Notes: a model not told the origin generated them from the sequence alone. DNA of 64,000 bases from an uncultured Candidatus Rokubacteria bacterium (GCA_963754315.1 CAVWFS010000019.1:96001-160000), one strand, 5' to 3'; positions 1 to 11,213 are shown, counted from the first letter of the stretch. Made by a program: numbers and translations.

Positions 1-1148
1 GCGTAGAAGTCCAGGTAGCGATCAATTGGCTCCATGGGCACCGTGAGAACGTAGAGGCGGTTGAAGACGGCGACGGCGATCAGGGTGAGACCGATCTCGA
101 TTGGCGAGGCGCCCTGGCGAAGGACGGCAGCCAGCACGATCGTCTGCACGGGGACGAAGTAGGCGACGAAGCGCGCGATGTCGCTGCCCCCGTAGAGGGT
201 GAGGGCAAAGGTGAGCGCCGCCGTGATGACCACGATCCTCCGCGTCCCGCCCAAACCCGTCCAGGCGCGGCGCAGACGTCCCCTTCCACCGAGGGCGAGC
301 AAGGGAAGGAAATAGCTCGCGACGCAGAACACGATGTTGACATCCCGCCGGACGGAGAGCGGCTCCGTCAGGAGAGTCCAGACGAGATCCGCGCGGAAGG
401 GGTCGGTGATTGCCACGTTTTGGCGCACCGGAATGAGAACGCGCGGGAGGGCGACCGCCACCACCGCCAGCGCCATGGGCAGCGCCACCGAGCCCAGGCG
501 ATGCCTTACGGGACCTCGACGGCAAACCAAAGCGTCGAGGGCAGCTCCGAGCGGCGCCAGCAAGAACTCCCTGACAAGAAGTCCGCCCGCCGCCAGGAGC
601 GCGGCCGGACCTGGGCGACCGGACAGCACCAGACAGATCGAAGCGAGCACCAGCGGGAAGGCGAGCGCGTCGGGCCGGTAGGGATCGAAAAGGAGAAAGC
701 GGACGTTGAAGAGCGACAACCCGGCCACAGCCATGACCACGAAGGCCGCCCGCGTCGACGCTGCCACCAGGCGGGCCAGTGCAAACACGAAGACGAGCTC
801 CGCGACGATGCCGGTGTAGGTGACGATCCGGAATCCGTCGTCGATCGACAGCGGCAGCCATCGGGCCAACCTTCGAGCAAGGAGTGGCGTGACGAAGCGG
901 TAGGCGAATGGCGCCACCAGTCCTTCGTTCCCGCGAACCCCACGCTCCGCCATGTCCAGGTATATCGCGGAGTCCCAGCGGTAGGTTCGCGCGTCGAAGG
1001 CCGGCGTCATGAGATCGAGGAACACCGTCCACAGAAGCGCCACGACCACGACCAGCCCCGACCGCGCGAAGGGTCGATGGAGAAGTCCGGGCAGGGTCTG
1101 CGCCCCGGATGGTGATCGTGTGTTCTCCGTCGGACCCAAGGTTTCCAC
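1..1148 (-). CDS. Polytopic membrane protein, GT-C-like glycosyltransferase (runs off the left edge)
   Basis: Not in the ORF track because no stop lies inside the window. Read manually from GTG at 1148, preceded by GGAGG: METLGPTE...VVVVALLWTVFLDL...RWDSAIYLDMAERG...APFAYRFVTPLLA...FDPYRPDALAFPLV. The frame is the same at the left edge. Many TM segments, and an acidic WD motif follows the first TM. Confidence 0.7.
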   Translation of the reverse strand, partial: METLGPTENTRSPSGAQTLPGLLHRPFARSGLVVVVALLWTVFLDLMTPAFDARTYRWDSAIYLDMAERGVRGNEGLVAPFAYRFVTPLLARRLARWLPLSIDDGFRIVTYTGIVAELVFVFALARLVAASTRAAFVVMAVAGLSLFNVRFLLFDPYRPDALAFPLVLASICLVLSGRPGPAALLAAGGLLVREFLLAPLGAALDALVCRRGPVRHRLGSVALPMALAVVAVALPRVLIPVRQNVAITDPFRADLVWTLLTEPLSVRRDVNIVFCVASYFLPLLALGGRGRLRRAWTGLGGTRRIVVITAALTFALTLYGGSDIARFVAYFVPVQTIVLAAVLRQGASPIEIGLTLIAVAVFNRLYVLTVPMEPIDRYLDFY

Positions 1149-1340
1149 AGCCGCCACCTCCCAGGCAGAGCAGACAGGGACGGACGTCTTCGACGCGCTC
1201 CCGAGCATCCCGGTGCTAGACTACGCGCGCGAGGGAGGGTGGACATGAATGAGGGCGGAAGAGAGTCCGTCGCCTTCTCGACCACACCCCTGCACGTGCG
1301 GACGAGGAATCTTCTCATCAATCACTGCGCTCGGCTAGGA

Positions 1341-3560
1341 ATGAGGGTCCGTTCTCAGACGGTCGGTGTGCACCTCCTCATTGCCTTCAGTTATGGGCTC
1401 CTGGCCATCATGTTCACGTTCCCGTTGATCGTGAAGGCCACTCAATTCGTTCCAATGCCGTCGTACTTGTTCTCGAAGCCGTGGCTGCACGACCATTGGA
1501 TGACGCTCTGGGGATTCTGGCATACCAAGCGTTCCCTGCTGACCTCCGGGCACTTTCCCCTCAGCACCGACGAGATCTTCTATCCGGTCGGTGTGAGCAT
1601 GCCCTACATCACCACCGTCCTCTTCCCACTGACGGCGTCCGTTCCATTTCAAGCGGCCTTTGGCTTGATCTTGGGCAGCAACATCCTCCGGTTACTCTTC
1701 GCCGTCGTTGCCGCCTATGGTGCCTTTCGACTCGTCGATGATCTCGTCCAGGATCGATTCGCCGCATTCTTCGCCGGCGTTGTCTTCGGCTACTCGCCCT
1801 TTATGCTTGCCCGCCTCCAGGGGCACGACCTGATTGTCGCCGGTTCCGCCTTGATCCCTTGGTACACACTGTTCTTGCTACGGACCCTCCGCGCTGCTCG
1901 CTGGTCCAACCCCCTCCTGGCCGCCGGCCTCTTCGGGCTGATCCTGCTCTCCACGTGGTACTACGCGCCGCTTCTGGTTATCCTGAGTAGCGTACTCTGT
2001 CTCTACGACCTCCTCAGTCGACGCCCTCCGCCCAAACCCCAGGGACGTATGGCCCGTCTGCTCCTCCTCCTGGGCGCCGCCGGCGTGGTCGCATTACCCG
2101 TCGTTGCCCCCATGCGATCATTGGAAGGCCAAGATTTCCTCTGGCTAACACCAGAATCGTTACGATGGGCCAGCCTCGATCTGATGGCATTCTTCGTTCC
2201 CAGCGCTGACCACTTCGTGCTCGGACCCTCGGTCCAGGCGCTGCGTGACCGGTTCCTCGGTGATCCGACCCTGCAAACTGCCTTTGTGGGCTACACCGTT
2301 CTTCTCCTTGCTGGGCTCGCATGGCTCCGGACGCCCAGGCACGCGACCACACCATGGCTGTGGGTCGCCATCGTGTTCTTCCTTCTGGCCCTGGGGCCTA
2401 CCCTGCACATACACGGAGCCGATACCTTCCATATCGCCGGGCGAGACGTGCGCGTTCCCCTTCCGTTCGCCCTCTTTGGGTATGTGCCTCTTGTGCCGTA
2501 CTTGGGGGGCGCAACGGCCATCGGCCTCTCGGTTGTCATCCTGATGCTGGCGCTCACGGTCTTGGTGGGCTACGGAATCACGTCTCTCCGCCACACACTC
2601 GCCTGCCCTTGGGCCTGGCGCGTGCCGGCCCTCTTGCTGGCGGTGCTCGTCTTGGAGTATGCCGCCCTCCCCCTACCGCTTTGGGAGGTCCGCGTTCCCG
2701 AGGTCTATCAGATCATTCGGAACGATCCGCATCCGGGAGTCGTTCTCGACTTACCATTCGCGGACGATATAAAGATCTATCAGTTCTATCAGACCACCCA
2801 CGAAAAGCGGATCGTCTCTGGCTTCGTCCCAAGGCTTCCTCTCGTCAATCGGACCTTTGGAGATAACATCCGGCTCGTCCGAATGCTGAAAGACCCACGT
2901 CTCATCCCTCACGATCCACGCGACAGCTCCTTGGCTGAGGAGGGGCAGGCGGTCGGGCGTCTCTTGAACATTCGCTATATCGTGATCCACAAGGACTACT
3001 TTTCTTCGGGCGCTTCCGACCGTGTGGCCACCCTCGTCAACACCGCCTTTCCTGTCCACGTCATCGCGCAAGACGAACACATCATTGCCTATCGGGTTGC
3101 CGACGCGGACGGTGACGTTCGCGCGGTGGGCCCGCCATATCTGATCGACTTTGGCACCGAGTCTGGGTTCCCTGCTCTTTTGGCCGGGTGGTCGCCGGCA
3201 GAATTTGCGCACGATCTCACGTATGCCTGGTCGAATGCCCAGGAATCAACAGCGTGGCTGTACCTTCCCTACGTCACCACCATGAAAATGGATCTGCGTC
3301 TCTTCCCCTTCACCTTCCCGTCATCGCCAAATCAGCGGGTGAGTGTCTCCATGAACGGAGAGCGTCTCGGCGAGCTAGCGCTGGAGGGTCGGTGGCAGAC
3401 CTACTCGCTCGATCTTCCGCGCTCACACCTGCGGGAAGGCGTCAATACCATCCGCTTCCGCTACGGCTACACTGCCGCCCCCGCCACGGTAATCCCTGGG
3501 AACAACGACCGGCGCCGCTTGGCGGTAGCGTTTGACTACATCGCCCTACGGCCACAATGA
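1341..3560 (+). CDS. YfhO/GT-C-like polytopic membrane glycosyltransferase with C-terminal beta-sandwich domain
   Basis: ORF is open from 1239; ATG 1341 follows AGGA. Multiple TM helices, motifs IFYPVG, LALGP and YQFYQTTHEKRIVSG, and a soluble C-terminus ending DRRRLAVAFDYIAL. Confidence 0.7.
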   Translation: MRVRSQTVGVHLLIAFSYGLLAIMFTFPLIVKATQFVPMPSYLFSKPWLHDHWMTLWGFWHTKRSLLTSGHFPLSTDEIFYPVGVSMPYITTVLFPLTASVPFQAAFGLILGSNILRLLFAVVAAYGAFRLVDDLVQDRFAAFFAGVVFGYSPFMLARLQGHDLIVAGSALIPWYTLFLLRTLRAARWSNPLLAAGLFGLILLSTWYYAPLLVILSSVLCLYDLLSRRPPPKPQGRMARLLLLLGAAGVVALPVVAPMRSLEGQDFLWLTPESLRWASLDLMAFFVPSADHFVLGPSVQALRDRFLGDPTLQTAFVGYTVLLLAGLAWLRTPRHATTPWLWVAIVFFLLALGPTLHIHGADTFHIAGRDVRVPLPFALFGYVPLVPYLGGATAIGLSVVILMLALTVLVGYGITSLRHTLACPWAWRVPALLLAVLVLEYAALPLPLWEVRVPEVYQIIRNDPHPGVVLDLPFADDIKIYQFYQTTHEKRIVSGFVPRLPLVNRTFGDNIRLVRMLKDPRLIPHDPRDSSLAEEGQAVGRLLNIRYIVIHKDYFSSGASDRVATLVNTAFPVHVIAQDEHIIAYRVADADGDVRAVGPPYLIDFGTESGFPALLAGWSPAEFAHDLTYAWSNAQESTAWLYLPYVTTMKMDLRLFPFTFPSSPNQRVSVSMNGERLGELALEGRWQTYSLDLPRSHLREGVNTIRFRYGYTAAPATVIPGNNDRRRLAVAFDYIALRPQ

Positions 3561-4026
3561 AACAGGCCAGCCGCTGGGGGCCCGCGCTGCCCTTATCAGT
3601 GAATCCCAAGATTCTTCACCGACAAGCCCTGACCGGCGTGCGCGACGACGACATGCCGGCTGCTTCGGGCCCGCGCTGCAGGACAGCGGCACCTCAACAT
3701 TCCCCCCGGTCGCCGTCCTCACGGCTCCTTGTCATGCGTCCTCGTGGGGATCACGCGCCTCCCCTCATCAGCGCCCAGACGTGCGTTGATCTGATCACGA
3801 CGGTCACGTTTCCCATCCGGCGTTGCTCAGATTGCCGAGCGGCGCGACCGCATGTCGCCCTAAGCCCCCGAGATCAAGCATGGCCACCAACGTGGGCAGC
3901 CTTGGCCAATGGGTCTCCCGCTTTCCGAGGCGTTTCCATCGGGTACACTGCACGTGTGAGGCGTGCCGGGATTGTGGGATCCAGGTCGAGATATCGCGGC
4001 GCTCTAGCCGCAGAAAGGGGGAGTTG

Positions 4027-5648
4027 ATGAGTGAGGCTCAGGAGATCGGTGTAGAGCAACTCCGGGAGCGGATGCGGGAGAGCATCGAGCGAAGGGGTGC
4101 TGTCGAGAATCATCTGGCATCCGAGAGCCCCGTCTCTCCTCTCGACAACGGCGCGGCCTGCGCCGATCTCGCTTACCTCTATTCCAACTACGATGTCCAG
4201 CGCGTGTCCTTCGTATCTCACCGGCACTTCATCGGATCTCTCGTCGTCGCGGTCAAGAACATCCTCAGCAAACTCCTCACTCCGATTCTGCAACGTCAAG
4301 TCGCCTACAATGCAGCGGTCGCCCTGGTCACGGCTCGTACCACAGAGTGGACGAGGGCGCTCCAGAACGACCTGGAGGTCCTCGAGCAAAGCCACACGCA
4401 GGTCTGCGAGAGAATGGTCGATATGGAAGGCCAGCTACGGGAGGAGATTGTCGCTGTCGAGTCGCAGCTCCGCCAGGGGGCGCTCGCCATACAGCGAGAG
4501 CTTCGGCAAGAGCTGCGGACCATGGCGGCCGAAGAGGCCCAGACCACGCATTCGGATCTTCGAGAAGCGCTGCTGGCCACTCATTCGGATCTTCGCGAAG
4601 AGCTGCTGGCCACTCACCGAGCGCTTCGCGAGGAGATCCGAGAAGAGATACGCGCCACCGCGTCCCAGGTCAGAGAGGAACTGCTTGCTATTCAGCGCGT
4701 GGCGGTCACCCATGACGGTCTGGCTGCCCACACGGAGCGCTGCGAGGAGATGCTCAGGACTTCGTCCCAGGAGATCCTTGGTGCGCAGACGGCGATCCAT
4801 GCGGTGCGGCAGTCTAGCGTGGCAGCGAAGGAACGGTTCTCCCGAGCGGAGCGCAAGCTACGCCGAATAGTTCATGTCCTTGAGACACTCGACGTTCCGG
4901 AGCGGCTGCGGGAGACAAAACCAAGGCAAGAGGGATCGCCTCCCGTGTTCCCGAGCGTGGAGCCGGAGTTCGACTACGCAGGATTCGCGGATCGATTCAG
5001 GGGGACAGAAGACGACATCAAGGAGCGTCAGCGAGTCTATGTCCCGTACTTCGAAGGTCGAGAGAACATTCTCGACCTCGGCTGCGGAAGGGGGGAGTTT
5101 CTCGAATTGCTACGCGAGAGCGGGATCACGGCGCGGGGGCTCGACGTCGATCTTGATATGATCCTCCTCACCCGCGACAAGGGATTGGACGTGGTCCGGG
5201 AGGATGCCTTCACGTACCTCGAGACGCTTCCGGATGGCTCGGTGGGTGGTATCTTCGCCGCTCAAATAATCGAACACTGGAACCTCGGCGCATCATCGAG
5301 CTCGTCAAACTCTGCTACAAGAAGCTCGCCGTGGGCGCCCCGCTTCTACTCGAGACGCCGAACCCCAGTTGCCTCCTGGTGTTCGCCGACAGTTTCTACA
5401 AGGATCCTACCCACGTCCAGCCTCTTCACGCGGACATGATGCACTTCATCTTCGAGTCGATCGGCTTTCGCCAGGTCGAACTCAAGTTCACCTGTCCCGT
5501 CGACCCATCGAAAAGGGTTCCCCTCCTTCAGGCTCCCGGCGCCGACCTCGAGCAATTCAACCGGGGCATCGAACGACTCAACGCGCTCCTTTTCGGCTTC
5601 CAAGACTACGCCGTCATCGGCCACAAGGATGCGACGAGCCTCTCCTAG
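4027..5648 (+). CDS. Coiled-coil + class I SAM methyltransferase (putative glycan chain-terminating MTase); frameshift near 5278
   Basis: Motifs FADRFRG and ILDLGCGRGEFL. ATC GAA CAC TGG needs one extra C to read IEHLEPRRIIELVKLC... and join ORF 5331..5648 (LETPNP...FYKDPTHVQP...QDYAVIG). Confidence 0.8.
4549..4632 (+). repeat. In-frame 33-bp tandem repeat (11-aa HSDLREALLAT / HSDLREELLAT / HRALRE) in the coiled coil
   Basis: CATTCGGATCTTCG at 4549 and 4582; degenerate third copy at 4615. Confidence 0.85.
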
Positions 5649-5798
5649 CGCCCACTGCGTACCGCCCCTGGTGAAGACGTGCCGGGCGTGTGCCGAGGTG
5701 GGGGGACGTCTCGTCGGTAGAGCGTGGGCACCGATGCCGCTCTGTGGCTGGCGAGTGTCCTTCCCTCGAGACGGCTTCGGTCGCAACGCGCTCCACCC

Positions 5799-7085
5799 AT
5801 GATGAGGCTGTTCCCGTCGTCAGAAATTCTCGTCGCGGGCGCTCCCGCCGAGAGTGGATTCTATCGGCTCGAGATGCCGGATGGGCGTCGGTGGATCGGC
5901 CGGGAAGCAACGTGTCTGCTCCCCACGGAGGCGCTCACTCGCCTCGCGCGTCCGATCATCAGGGTCACCGCCCAGAATGGATCAACCGAATCGCATCTTT
6001 CACTCTATGCGGACGGCCGGTTCATCGGCACCCAACCAATTGACCGGTACGGAGGCTATTACTTTACCCTTCCGCCCGGGCATGCGGCGAAGTCGTCCTC
6101 GGTGGAGATCCTCTTGCGGGTCGACCAGGCACATTCGGTCGAAGGCGACCCGCGGGCGCTCGGCGTCGCCATCTACGGAATCGACCCGATTGATCTGAAT
6201 GCTGGCTGGGACAGCTTTGAGGAGCGACGTTACCTGGCAGACCAGATCAAAGTGTTCCGCCCGACCGAATCATGTCTGTCCCATGTCCTGAGCGGTCTCG
6301 GGTTGGGTCCAGACAGTCTGATCCTCGATGTCGGAGCAGGCATGGGTTGGACCACGGTCACGCTGGCGGCCAGGACCGGGGCCAGGATCCATGGGGTGGA
6401 CTTGCGTCGGTACGACTCCGTGACTGGCCGCTCCTTCAAGGCCGAGCTCCTTCAGCGCCTCGAGCGGCACCTCCCCGTCTTGACGCGAGAGCAAGACTTC
6501 ACCCGATTCGGTGAGTTGCCGCTCCTGATCGACGCCTGTTCATTTCATACGATGGACGCCGAGCGGCTGCTTTTCCAAGATGAACTCTTCGATTTTGTCT
6601 TTTCCCTGAACGCGCTGGAGCACATTCGTCGGCCCGAACGGGCGTTGCGAGAATGCTCACGCGTGCTGAAGCCTGGCGGACAGCTGTTTTGCTTGTTCAT
6701 GCCCATCTACTTTGCAGATGCGGGTCATCATCTGGGCAGCCTGACCGAAATACCGTGGATCCATCTTCTCTATGATCGCCGTGACATCAAGAAGTTGATC
6801 CGAGCTTCGGGGAAGCCTCCGAACGAGGTCGACAACATTCTAGACTCACTCAACGGATATAGCCTCAAGCGATACGGCGAGATGTTTGCGAGGAGCGATC
6901 TGGATATCCTCGAGCAGCAGATCCATCGAGGATTTGCCCTCGCCGGATCGGAGACGTCGGAGGAGTTCCGACGAGTAAGCGCGCGGTACCCGGAGCAAGA
7001 ACTGAGCACGCTGGGTATGACGGTCGTATTGCAGAAGCCGCGACGAACGCCGGCCCGGGGCTGGAGGAGGAAGATGGTGGTCTGA
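5799..7085 (+). CDS. Class I SAM methyltransferase with N-terminal beta-sandwich domain
   Basis: ILDVGAGMG, FDFVFSLNALEHI and RVLKPGG motifs. ORF is open from 5724; start uncertain. Confidence 0.8.
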   Translation: MMRLFPSSEILVAGAPAESGFYRLEMPDGRRWIGREATCLLPTEALTRLARPIIRVTAQNGSTESHLSLYADGRFIGTQPIDRYGGYYFTLPPGHAAKSSSVEILLRVDQAHSVEGDPRALGVAIYGIDPIDLNAGWDSFEERRYLADQIKVFRPTESCLSHVLSGLGLGPDSLILDVGAGMGWTTVTLAARTGARIHGVDLRRYDSVTGRSFKAELLQRLERHLPVLTREQDFTRFGELPLLIDACSFHTMDAERLLFQDELFDFVFSLNALEHIRRPERALRECSRVLKPGGQLFCLFMPIYFADAGHHLGSLTEIPWIHLLYDRRDIKKLIRASGKPPNEVDNILDSLNGYSLKRYGEMFARSDLDILEQQIHRGFALAGSETSEEFRRVSARYPEQELSTLGMTVVLQKPRRTPARGWRRKMVV

Positions 7086-7193
7086 CCAGGCGTCGCACGT
7101 CGATTGTGGACCATGTCTCGTGCGGGACGATGGTGTGTGCACTGTTGATGGGAACGGCGAATCAGAGCGAGGGTACCATGGCCTCCCGCCTCT

Positions 7194-8639
7194 TCACCTA
7201 CTGGTCGCGGCGAGCGTGGCGAAGACCGCGCGGGCTAGACGCGGCAGGTCAGGATCGCGCGCTCCCATGACGAGTACTGTATCTCCCGGCTGAGCTTCAG
7301 CGGCAACCCACTGACGGGCGGCGGCGTGGTCGGCAGCGTGGCCGCAGCGCAAGATCGCGGGGAGGTCCGCCGCCAGCATTCGACTCGAGATGTCCTTGGC
7401 CACGGTACCACCAGCGTAGTAGATCTCCGCATAACAGAACCGGTCCTCGGGTCGCAGGATTCCGGGCAGCAACGTCCTCAGTTCGGGACGCAAGAACCGA
7501 GCAGGGCCAAAGCCGTGAGGTTGAAAGACGACGACGATCCGTCCGGAGCCAGCCTGAGCGGTGGTGAGCGTTGCCCGAAGTTTCTCGCCGTTGTGGGCGT
7601 AGTCGTCAACAACCCGGATGCCCGCTGATGTAACGCCGATCACTTCAAAGCGCCGGGATACGCCGGGGAAATTCGCGAGCAAACGCGTCACCCCATCGGG
7701 ATCGATCCCCAACTCGACCGCCACCACGGCGGCCGCGGCGGCATTCTCGAGGTTGTGCAGGCCGGGCTGGGGGAGGTCGAGGGTGACGACGCCCGCCGGC
7801 AGCCTCAGCAGTCCACGGGCCCGATCGGGGCCCACGCTGTTGACTTGGAGTCGGGCATCGGCGTCGGGCGTGACGCCATACAACACGCCGGGGAACCTGC
7901 CCCGGAGGCCGGCCGCTTCCGAACAACCGCCGTTCACGAACAGCCGATGGCAGTTGCGGGCGAAGGCACCGAACTGCGCGCGCAGTGATGGGAGTTCGGC
8001 GTGGTCTCGGCTGATGTTGTGCACGAGTCCGATGGTCGGTTCGTAGCCGACCAGCGTGCCATCGGACTCGCACGCTTCCACGACCACGATCCCATCGACC
8101 GGTCCAGTCATTAGGCAGCCGTTGGTCGCCTCGTGGGCCAGGCCAGCCCCCCCGATGATCGTGGCGGGCCGGCCACTCTCACGCAACAGCCAACCCAGCA
8201 TGGCGGTGATCGTGCTCTTACCGCTGGTGCCCGCGATCGCCACGCCGGGCTCGCCCCCTTTCACCACCTCGGCCAGGAGGGCCGGCCGGGGAACAAGGTC
8301 GATCCCCCTCGCGCGCGCCGCGCGCATTTCCAGCGTATCCGCCTCAACCGCAGTCGAGTAGATGAACCGATCGATGTCCCGGTCGATAGCGCTGCCGTCG
8401 TGAGGGCGCACTTCGATTCCGAGGCGGCGCAGATGGGCAGCCTCCGCCTGGTTCTTCCCCTGGTCAAACAAGCGATCGGAGCCTTGAACCCGATGGCCCC
8501 GGGCGCGCATGAGCCGAGCCAAGGGGTTCATGCCGGCACCGGCTACGCCGGAGAAGTGGTAGTGAATGGGTTCACCCGGGCGACGCTGAGCGAGCCGCGG
8601 CAGAGCCCGGGTGTCAGGATCCATCGATTCGGGTCGCAT
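7194..8639 (-). CDS. MurC/Mpl-family Mur ligase paralog
   Basis: FSGVAGAGM, VQGSD, AGTSGKST, VVEACESDG, GLHNLEN, RRFE, DDYAHN and FQPH motifs. Confidence 0.85.
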   Translation of the reverse strand: MRPESMDPDTRALPRLAQRRPGEPIHYHFSGVAGAGMNPLARLMRARGHRVQGSDRLFDQGKNQAEAAHLRRLGIEVRPHDGSAIDRDIDRFIYSTAVEADTLEMRAARARGIDLVPRPALLAEVVKGGEPGVAIAGTSGKSTITAMLGWLLRESGRPATIIGGAGLAHEATNGCLMTGPVDGIVVVEACESDGTLVGYEPTIGLVHNISRDHAELPSLRAQFGAFARNCHRLFVNGGCSEAAGLRGRFPGVLYGVTPDADARLQVNSVGPDRARGLLRLPAGVVTLDLPQPGLHNLENAAAAAVVAVELGIDPDGVTRLLANFPGVSRRFEVIGVTSAGIRVVDDYAHNGEKLRATLTTAQAGSGRIVVVFQPHGFGPARFLRPELRTLLPGILRPEDRFCYAEIYYAGGTVAKDISSRMLAADLPAILRCGHAADHAAARQWVAAEAQPGDTVLVMGARDPDLPRLARAVFATLAATSR

Positions 8640-8697
8640 GGTGCCTCAGTGTATCGGCGAGCCGACCGCCGGGTGAAGCCTTTTCGGCACCGACTAC

Positions 8698-10098
8698 CTA
8701 GTACGCGTGGGGGTTGGCGAAGCCGTGCCAGATGGTGCGTACCAGGATCGTCAGGTCGAAGGCGAGAGACCATCGCTCGATGTAGTAGAGGTCGTATTCG
8801 ATCCGCTTTTCGAGCGAGGTGTTGCCGCGCCACCCGTTGATCTGGGCCCACCCCGTCATTCCAGCTTTCACCTTGTGGCGCAGCATGTAGCCCGGCACCT
8901 GACGTCGGAACTCTTCCACGAACACCGGACGCTCCGGGCGAGGTCCAACCAGACTCATCTCCCCCCGGAGAACGTTAAAGAGCTGCGGCAGTTCGTCCAA
9001 GCTAAAGCGCCGCAGCATCCCTCCCAGCCGCGTGCGGCGCGGGTCGTCGGCTTGGGCCCACACGGGTCCCGTGTCCGCCTCGGCGTCGACGCGCATGGTT
9101 CGGAATTTCAGCATCCGGAACTCCCGACCGTCGAGCCCCATGCGAGCCTGGCCCAGCAGGACCGGTCCCGGCGAGGTGAGCTTGACCGCGAGGGCGATCA
9201 GCGCCATCAGCGGGAGGAAGGCTACCAGGACCGCGCCGCCAATGATCAAATCGAAGGCGCGTTTGAGCACGCGGTTCCACCCGTAGAGCGGCGACTCCCG
9301 CAAGTGGATGAGGGGGACCCCCTCGAAGTCCTCGATCCCTCCCCGCAGCGAGGCCAGGCTGAAGACATCGGGCACGAGATGAATGGACACCGGATCGTCC
9401 CCGATGTCACTCAGGAGATCGGCCAGGCGCCCGTAGGCCTGATGCGGCAAGGCCACGAACACCACGTCCACCTGCTCGCCGTCGAGGAGAGCTCGCAGGT
9501 CCTCGAAGCGTCCGAGTCGCGGGACAAGACCGGCGCCGTGCTCGTCCTTGTCACCGACCACCCCTAGGAGACGGACGCCCACGTCGGGACGGCGCTGGAG
9601 GGCCGCCACGATCTCAGCGGCCGGCTCTCCTCCCCCCACGACGATGGCACGGCGCTGATTGATCCCGCGGCGGCGGGCTACCCGCAACCCCTCCCGGAAG
9701 GTCGCCCTCCACAGGCTTACGGCCACGATCGACAAGACCCAGAAGTACACGATCACCACGCGCGAGTACTCGGTGGATCGGAAGGCAAAGGTCATGATCG
9801 CAATGAGGACGAGCACGCCGAGCGTGGAGGCCTTGGCCACATCGAGCCACTCGGACAGTCGCGAGCCGAGCCGGCGCGGGCGATAGAGATCGAACCATCG
9901 GAAGGCCAGTCCCCATACGACCAGGATCGGTACAAGCTGGAGCAGGTAGTCCCGGAGGGGCGGAATGTCCGGGCTGACCAGGGGCGGGCCCGCCACATAG
10001 AACCGCAACAAGTAGGCGAGAAGCCAGCAGGCGCCGATCAGCATAAGGTCAGCCACCAGGGTCACGTGTTCGAACAATCGTGAGTGCACTTTCAGCAC
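8698..10098 (-). CDS. wcaJ: Undecaprenyl-phosphate sugar phosphotransferase (WcaJ-type priming glycosyltransferase)
   Basis: N-terminal TMs, then KRAFD, KFRTM, DELPQLFNVLRGEMSLVGPRPERP, GMTGWAQING and DLYYIERWS. Confidence 0.9.
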   Translation of the reverse strand: MLKVHSRLFEHVTLVADLMLIGACWLLAYLLRFYVAGPPLVSPDIPPLRDYLLQLVPILVVWGLAFRWFDLYRPRRLGSRLSEWLDVAKASTLGVLVLIAIMTFAFRSTEYSRVVIVYFWVLSIVAVSLWRATFREGLRVARRRGINQRRAIVVGGGEPAAEIVAALQRRPDVGVRLLGVVGDKDEHGAGLVPRLGRFEDLRALLDGEQVDVVFVALPHQAYGRLADLLSDIGDDPVSIHLVPDVFSLASLRGGIEDFEGVPLIHLRESPLYGWNRVLKRAFDLIIGGAVLVAFLPLMALIALAVKLTSPGPVLLGQARMGLDGREFRMLKFRTMRVDAEADTGPVWAQADDPRRTRLGGMLRRFSLDELPQLFNVLRGEMSLVGPRPERPVFVEEFRRQVPGYMLRHKVKAGMTGWAQINGWRGNTSLEKRIEYDLYYIERWSLAFDLTILVRTIWHGFANPHAY

Positions 10099-11213
10099 GA
10101 AGTCCGCTCCGCCAGGCGCGCTTCCACGTAGCCACGCATGATCTCCCGGAAGCGCGTGCGGTCGAAGAGCTCGGCACGAGCCCGCAGAGCCTTGGGCACG
10201 AAGCGATGCGCCTCGCGTTCGAACCGCTCGATGGCGGCCGTCATTGCCGGCAGACTCTGCTCTTCGAACAGGAGGCCCGTGGGAGGTCCGTCCGCCCCGG
10301 GCGGCACGATCGTTTCCAGGGCCCCACCCGCCCCGAACGCGATCACGGGACGCCCGGCCGCCATCGCCTCCAGGGGAACGATTCCGAAATCCTCACATCC
10401 GGGAAAGAGAACAGCCCGGCAGCGACGATAGAGTTGCGCCACCTCGGCATCGTCGCGCCACCCCAGGAACTCCACCGTGGGCCCGGCCATAGCCCGCAGC
10501 CGCTGCTCTTCGGGGCCCGTGCCCACGACGATCAGGCGCCGCCTCAGCGTGTTGGAGGCGAGGATGGCCAGATCGACGCGCTTGTAGGGGACCAAAGCCG
10601 AGACAACGAGGTAGAAGTCCTCACCGTCCCCGTCGGCAACCTCGAACCGCTGCACGTCGACGGGCGGGTAGATGACGGTTGCGTCGCGGCCGTAACAGCG
10701 CCGGATCCGATCGCGCACGTGCTCGGAGATCGCCACGAAGTGATGCACGCGCCGGCTGGCCGCCCGATCCCATGCACGGAGGGCAGGGGCGACGGCAGGC
10801 ATCAGCATACGCGTGGCGAGACCCGCGCCGGGTCCGACGTAGTCATCGTAGCGGTCCCACACGTAGCGCATGGGGGTGAAGCAGTAGCAGATGTGCAGGG
10901 CTCCTCGGCCCGGGTGGGCGCCTTTTGCCACGCAATGGCTGGACGAGAGGACCAGATCGTAGCCGCGGAGGTCGAAGCGCGCCACCGCGGCGGGCATCAG
11001 TGGCAGGTAGTGCCGATAACCCGTACGCGCAGCTGGCATATTCTGGAGGAATGAGGCGACGATACGGTGCCGCTCGATCTGCGGAGCCACACGGCCAGGG
11101 ATGTGCAAGAGAGTGAAGAGATCCGCATCGGGGAAAAGCTCGCAGAACACCTCCAGACAGCGCTCGCCGCCGCGCATTCCAGTCAGCCAATCGTGCACGA
11201 GAGCCACCCGCAT
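10092..11213 (-). CDS. GT4 glycosyltransferase
   Basis: VALVHDWLTGMRGGE; EDFGIVPLEAMAAGRPVIA (EX7E motif). Confidence 0.9.
   Translation of the reverse strand: MRVALVHDWLTGMRGGERCLEVFCELFPDADLFTLLHIPGRVAPQIERHRIVASFLQNMPAARTGYRHYLPLMPAAVARFDLRGYDLVLSSSHCVAKGAHPGRGALHICYCFTPMRYVWDRYDDYVGPGAGLATRMLMPAVAPALRAWDRAASRRVHHFVAISEHVRDRIRRCYGRDATVIYPPVDVQRFEVADGDGEDFYLVVSALVPYKRVDLAILASNTLRRRLIVVGTGPEEQRLRAMAGPTVEFLGWRDDAEVAQLYRRCRAVLFPGCEDFGIVPLEAMAAGRPVIAFGAGGALETIVPPGADGPPTGLLFEEQSLPAMTAAIERFEREAHRFVPKALRARAELFDRTRFREIMRGYVEARLAERTSC

Noticed and set aside
3521..3532. ops/JUMPstart-like GGCGGTAGCGTT
   Set aside because: It lies inside a CDS encoding the LAVAF motif rather than in a 5' leader; likely coincidence.
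3561..4026. ncRNA or riboswitch in the long intergenic region (13-bp direct repeat GGGCCCGCGCTGC near 3578 and 3667)
   Set aside because: No recognisable RNA family motif or terminator; an Infernal/Rfam search would be needed.
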